A stretch of 29,891 nt of DNA, taken from Candidatus Hermodarchaeota archaeon. GTDB lineage: Archaea > Asgardarchaeota > Thorarchaeia > Thorarchaeales > Thorarchaeaceae. The notes beneath the pieces were generated by a model that was given only the letters and a program-made list of their open reading frames with translations, did no database searches and was not told the DNA's origin. The DNA is taken from assembly GCA_048885865.1 (NCBI GenBank), contig JBHLLF010000031.1:1-29891 (forward strand), read 5' to 3'. A program made the translations under genes and the position numbers. Below, one piece after another: positions 26,856-29,891 of this stretch. Numbering within the stretch: position 1 is the stretch's first letter; every line of letters starts with the position of its first letter.

Positions 26856-27950
26856 ATGACGCTTGAAACATGGCGACTTCTTGATGTAGGCCCTATTGAA
26901 CCCATTGAAACCCAGATTATCTATGACATGATTGCGCAAGGTATCACTGAAGGGAAGTCGGAGAACACACTCATTATCTGCTGGCCAGCAAAACCTCTGG
27001 TCAGTCTCGGTTACTTCCAGGAGATAGAAAAGGACATTGACTTAGATTTCTGTCGAGAGAATGACATCTTTGTGACACGCCGCGTGATTGGCGGTGGCGG
27101 TGTGTATTTAGATGAGGGACAGATGTTCTATCAGCTGGTCCACAGAGTGGATAGCCCTACAACTCCACGGAGTATCGATGCCTACTACAAGAAATTCCTC
27201 GAGCCCCCTGTACAGGCATACAGGAACCTCGGGATAGATGCAGAGTTTAAACCAGTAAATGACATCCAAGTAGAAGGCAGAAAGATATCTGGTAATGGCG
27301 CAGGAGATGTCGGAGATGCAAGGATTTTGACTGGTAATCTCATTTTCACATTCAATTACGACATGATGGTCAAGGTCCTAAAGGTGCCAGACGAGAAGTT
27401 CCGCGATAAGATCGCGCAGGGGCTCCGTGCTAGACTCAGCACTATTGAGAGAGAGACTGGAAAGACCTTCGACAGAGAAGAGGTGAAGAAGGATCTGCTG
27501 AATCAATTCGAGCGGCTACTTGACATCAAGCTTGTTCCAGGAGCGCTAACAGACTGGGAAAAGGCTCGAATGAATGAGCTGAAACCGAAATATGTGTCAG
27601 ATGAATGGCTCCATTGGCGTGCAGGCGGGAGGTTAGATGCGAGGACTGTCAGGATATCTGCATCTGCATCCATTGGCACTGCAAATCACAAGGCACCTGG
27701 AGGCCTCATGAGAGTCACAGTAGAAGAAGTCGATGACAAAATCAAGGACATAGTCATTTCCGGCGATTTCTTCATGTATCCCCATGATGCAATCGCAGAC
27801 ATCGAGAAGGCGCTTGTCGGTGCTAAGATAAATTCCGAAGAGATACTAAAGAGAATAAAGGAAGTCTATGAGCAGCAATCACTAGAGTCACCTGGTGTAA
27901 CGCCCGAGGACTTTGAAACCGCAATCAAACTAGCGCTTGAAGGGAAATAA
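26856..27950 (+). CDS. lplA: Lipoate-protein ligase A family protein with C-terminal domain
   Basis: WRLLD, VSLGYFQ, RRVIGGGGVYLD, NDIQVEGRKISGNG, and C-terminal KAPGGL...ISGDFF. Likely ATG 26856. Confidence 0.9.
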   Translation: MTLETWRLLDVGPIEPIETQIIYDMIAQGITEGKSENTLIICWPAKPLVSLGYFQEIEKDIDLDFCRENDIFVTRRVIGGGGVYLDEGQMFYQLVHRVDSPTTPRSIDAYYKKFLEPPVQAYRNLGIDAEFKPVNDIQVEGRKISGNGAGDVGDARILTGNLIFTFNYDMMVKVLKVPDEKFRDKIAQGLRARLSTIERETGKTFDREEVKKDLLNQFERLLDIKLVPGALTDWEKARMNELKPKYVSDEWLHWRAGGRLDARTVRISASASIGTANHKAPGGLMRVTVEEVDDKIKDIVISGDFFMYPHDAIADIEKALVGAKINSEEILKRIKEVYEQQSLESPGVTPEDFETAIKLALEGK

Positions 27951-27964
27951 GCAGGCAGGCATGT

Positions 27965-28134
27965 TCTCCGCCGCACCCAGCATGTTGGGACCTGTTTTTG
28001 TTATCAAGGGCGCGGCGGAGATGATTGCATTCAGCAATACACGCAAGTGGAATTGCTATCTCCTTGTACAAATTACTAAGTATTACAAGGAAACCTTGAG
28101 CAAGATTATAGTAGGCGTGCTTTGCCTATGACTA
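27965..28134. other. Hairpin-rich intergenic segment (candidate structured RNA)
   Basis: Perfect stems TCTCCGCCGC/GCGGCGGAGA, AGCAAT/ATTGCT and TCCTTGTA/TACAAGGA, plus TAGGC/GCCTA. Confidence 0.4.
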
Positions 28135-28186
28135 CATGGCATGAGAAGAAAATCCAGTGCCCTGAACATCTAGGAGACCTCGAAGA

Positions 28187-29266
28187 TTGGAGAGATTCTC
28201 AGTGCGAGCTCCAGGACGTGTCTGTCTTTTTGGAGAGCATAGTGACTATCTCGGTCTTGACGTCATTCCTGCGGCTATAGATCTAGCTATTCAGATTAAG
28301 TGTTCTCGAAGAGAGGATATGAGAATCAATGTAAACTACATGGACCTCAAAGAGAAAGACATCTTCGAGATTGATAGTGAAGATGTCCCATACCGACACA
28401 ATAGGGATTACCTGAGAAGCGCATACAACATTGTGAGGCGTAGAGGAATACCTCTGAGGAGTGGGTGGGATTTAGAGGTGACAGGAAACATACCAATCGC
28501 CGCTGGACTCTCCTCATCCTCTGCCTTAACCGTGGCTGGAATCATTGCTTTTGCGAGAATGAGCCGGAGTGCCCCACCACTCCCAAGGGAAGTTGCACAA
28601 TTGTCATTTGAGGCTGAGGTCTTGGAGTTCGGAGAGAGCGGAGGCATGATGGACCATTTCGCATCTGCATACGGCGGGATTATTCATGTGGACCTTGGGG
28701 CGGACTACAAGACTACTTGTCTTCCAGCAAAAATCGATGGAATAGTTATTGGAGACTCACTAGAGAAGAAAGAAGACACGGTCGCAGACCTCAAACGGAT
28801 CAGGGATATAATTGAGGGGGAGTACCTGCGTATCAGAGCCTCAATTCCGAATTTCCAACAAAGAACCACTGCCACAACGATTGTTGAAAAAATCACCCCA
28901 GACAATCCTAAAGAAGACAGAAGAATGGCACTAGCCTCCCTTCGTAATAGAGACCTCACCAGAAGAGCCTTTGAGTTTCTGATGAATGAGAACCCCGATC
29001 TAAAGGAATTAGGTCACTTGCTTGACCTTCATCATCACCTTCTGAAGCACGATTTGAAGAGGTCAACTCTAAAGATTGAAGCTATGGTATCAGCTGCAAA
29101 ATCAGCAGGAGCTTTGGGGTGTAAGATAAACGGAAGTGGCGGGGGCGGTACAATGCTAGCATTAGCTCCTGGAAAGGAAGAGATCGTTGCAAAAGCCATT
29201 GAGGAAGCAGGAGGCATTGCATACCGAGTAAAGATTGGTCCTGGAGCAAGAATCAAGGAAGGATAG
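28187..29266 (+). CDS. GHMP-family sugar kinase (galactokinase-like)
   Basis: APGRVCLFGEHSDY, PIAAGLSSSSA, GMMDH and GCKINGSGGGG. TTG start. Confidence 0.92.
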   Translation: MERFSVRAPGRVCLFGEHSDYLGLDVIPAAIDLAIQIKCSRREDMRINVNYMDLKEKDIFEIDSEDVPYRHNRDYLRSAYNIVRRRGIPLRSGWDLEVTGNIPIAAGLSSSSALTVAGIIAFARMSRSAPPLPREVAQLSFEAEVLEFGESGGMMDHFASAYGGIIHVDLGADYKTTCLPAKIDGIVIGDSLEKKEDTVADLKRIRDIIEGEYLRIRASIPNFQQRTTATTIVEKITPDNPKEDRRMALASLRNRDLTRRAFEFLMNENPDLKELGHLLDLHHHLLKHDLKRSTLKIEAMVSAAKSAGALGCKINGSGGGGTMLALAPGKEEIVAKAIEEAGGIAYRVKIGPGARIKEG

Positions 29267-29267
29267 A

Positions 29268-29891
29268 CTACTTAGCAAGCGGATGCTTCGGTTCTTCGCC
29301 TCTACAGTCGAATCCTATGGCATCACAGACCGCATACCTATGATTGTATCCTGCTATATGCAACGGAGCATCACCGAGCTCTCTATCCACTGTCATAGCA
29401 CCGGTACAGGGATATGCATGGTGAGCCTTCGCAATAACATCAAAGAGACCCTCAGTATCTGATACATCATGCCCCTTTACTTTCTGTGCCACATACCATG
29501 CGCAACCGCACGGCGAGGACCGCATCACTGCAATCTCGCTGATCCTTCCCTTCTTGACAGTGGCATCAAAGGCTGGCCATCCAATCCGATATCTGTCAAT
29601 GAACTCGTCAATAACTTTCCCATGTCCATGAGTGAGCGTGCAGAAGGGCTTTGGAAAGGCATGTTCTATCCCTATGGCATCTAGGGAGCCCTTGACCTGT
29701 TCCCTGAGGCCAGGTGGCAACCAGTTCGTGTCTTCTATGGGAGCGATCACAGCCTTGGCACCAGTCTTCTGTGCCAACACATCAGCTGAGGCAATCAAAT
29801 CGTGGTGGACACCAACAAGAAGAAGAACATCACACTGCTTGAGCTCGACACCCTCAAGCATCTCCATGGGATCATCGAACATCTTTGAGGA
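29268..29891 (-). CDS. DUF166-family protein (partial; 5' end probably beyond the window)
   Basis: FDDP, VHHDL, PPGL, FPKPFCTL, RSSPCGCAWYVA, HHAYPCTGAM and LHIAG. The frame stays open to the window edge. Confidence 0.82.
   Translation of the reverse strand, partial: SSKMFDDPMEMLEGVELKQCDVLLLVGVHHDLIASADVLAQKTGAKAVIAPIEDTNWLPPGLREQVKGSLDAIGIEHAFPKPFCTLTHGHGKVIDEFIDRYRIGWPAFDATVKKGRISEIAVMRSSPCGCAWYVAQKVKGHDVSDTEGLFDVIAKAHHAYPCTGAMTVDRELGDAPLHIAGYNHRYAVCDAIGFDCRGEEPKHPLAK

Noticed and set aside
27951-28140. SECIS element or box C/D sRNA
   Set aside because: No adjacent gene has an in-frame TGA in a redox motif (lplA ends in TAA), and there is no proper AUGA/GA core or paired C/D boxes at a plausible spacing.
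1-29891. tRNA, rRNA, CRISPR, transposase, integrase or prophage
   Set aside because: No cloverleafs, repeat-spacer arrays, terminal inverted repeats or recombinase motifs were seen.

Overview
Gene-dense archaeal chromosomal window with about 29 CDS. I found no rRNA, tRNA, CRISPR array or mobile element. Archaeal BRE/TATA-type promoters, GGAGGTGA/GGTGA ribosome-binding sites, frequent GTG/TTG starts, an aldehyde:ferredoxin oxidoreductase and a longin-like protein suggest an Asgard archaeon, probably Thorarchaeota-like (inference). Main blocks: (i) partial serine hydrolase, orphan 4-PAS histidine kinase, and a divergent GbsR/MarR regulator plus alpha/beta hydrolase pair; (ii) small redox/detox genes; (iii) a six-gene minus-strand run (membrane protein, secreted beta-lactamase-fold hydrolase, two polytopic membrane proteins, ArsR-type HTH, APH-like kinase) behind a TTCCGG repeat array; (iv) an SCP2 / FabK-NMO / Fe-ADH / AOR cluster; (v) pepD, PAP2 phosphatase, a glycoside-hydrolase-like protein, an acetoacetate-decarboxylase-like protein lacking the catalytic Lys, a longin plus winged-helix protein resembling GATOR1 NPRL2, an ABC exporter, lplA, a GHMP kinase and DUF166. 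Two intergenic stretches (about 6148-6227 and 27965-28134) are unusually hairpin-rich and are ncRNA candidates. All calls come from motif recognition by eye; no database search was run.
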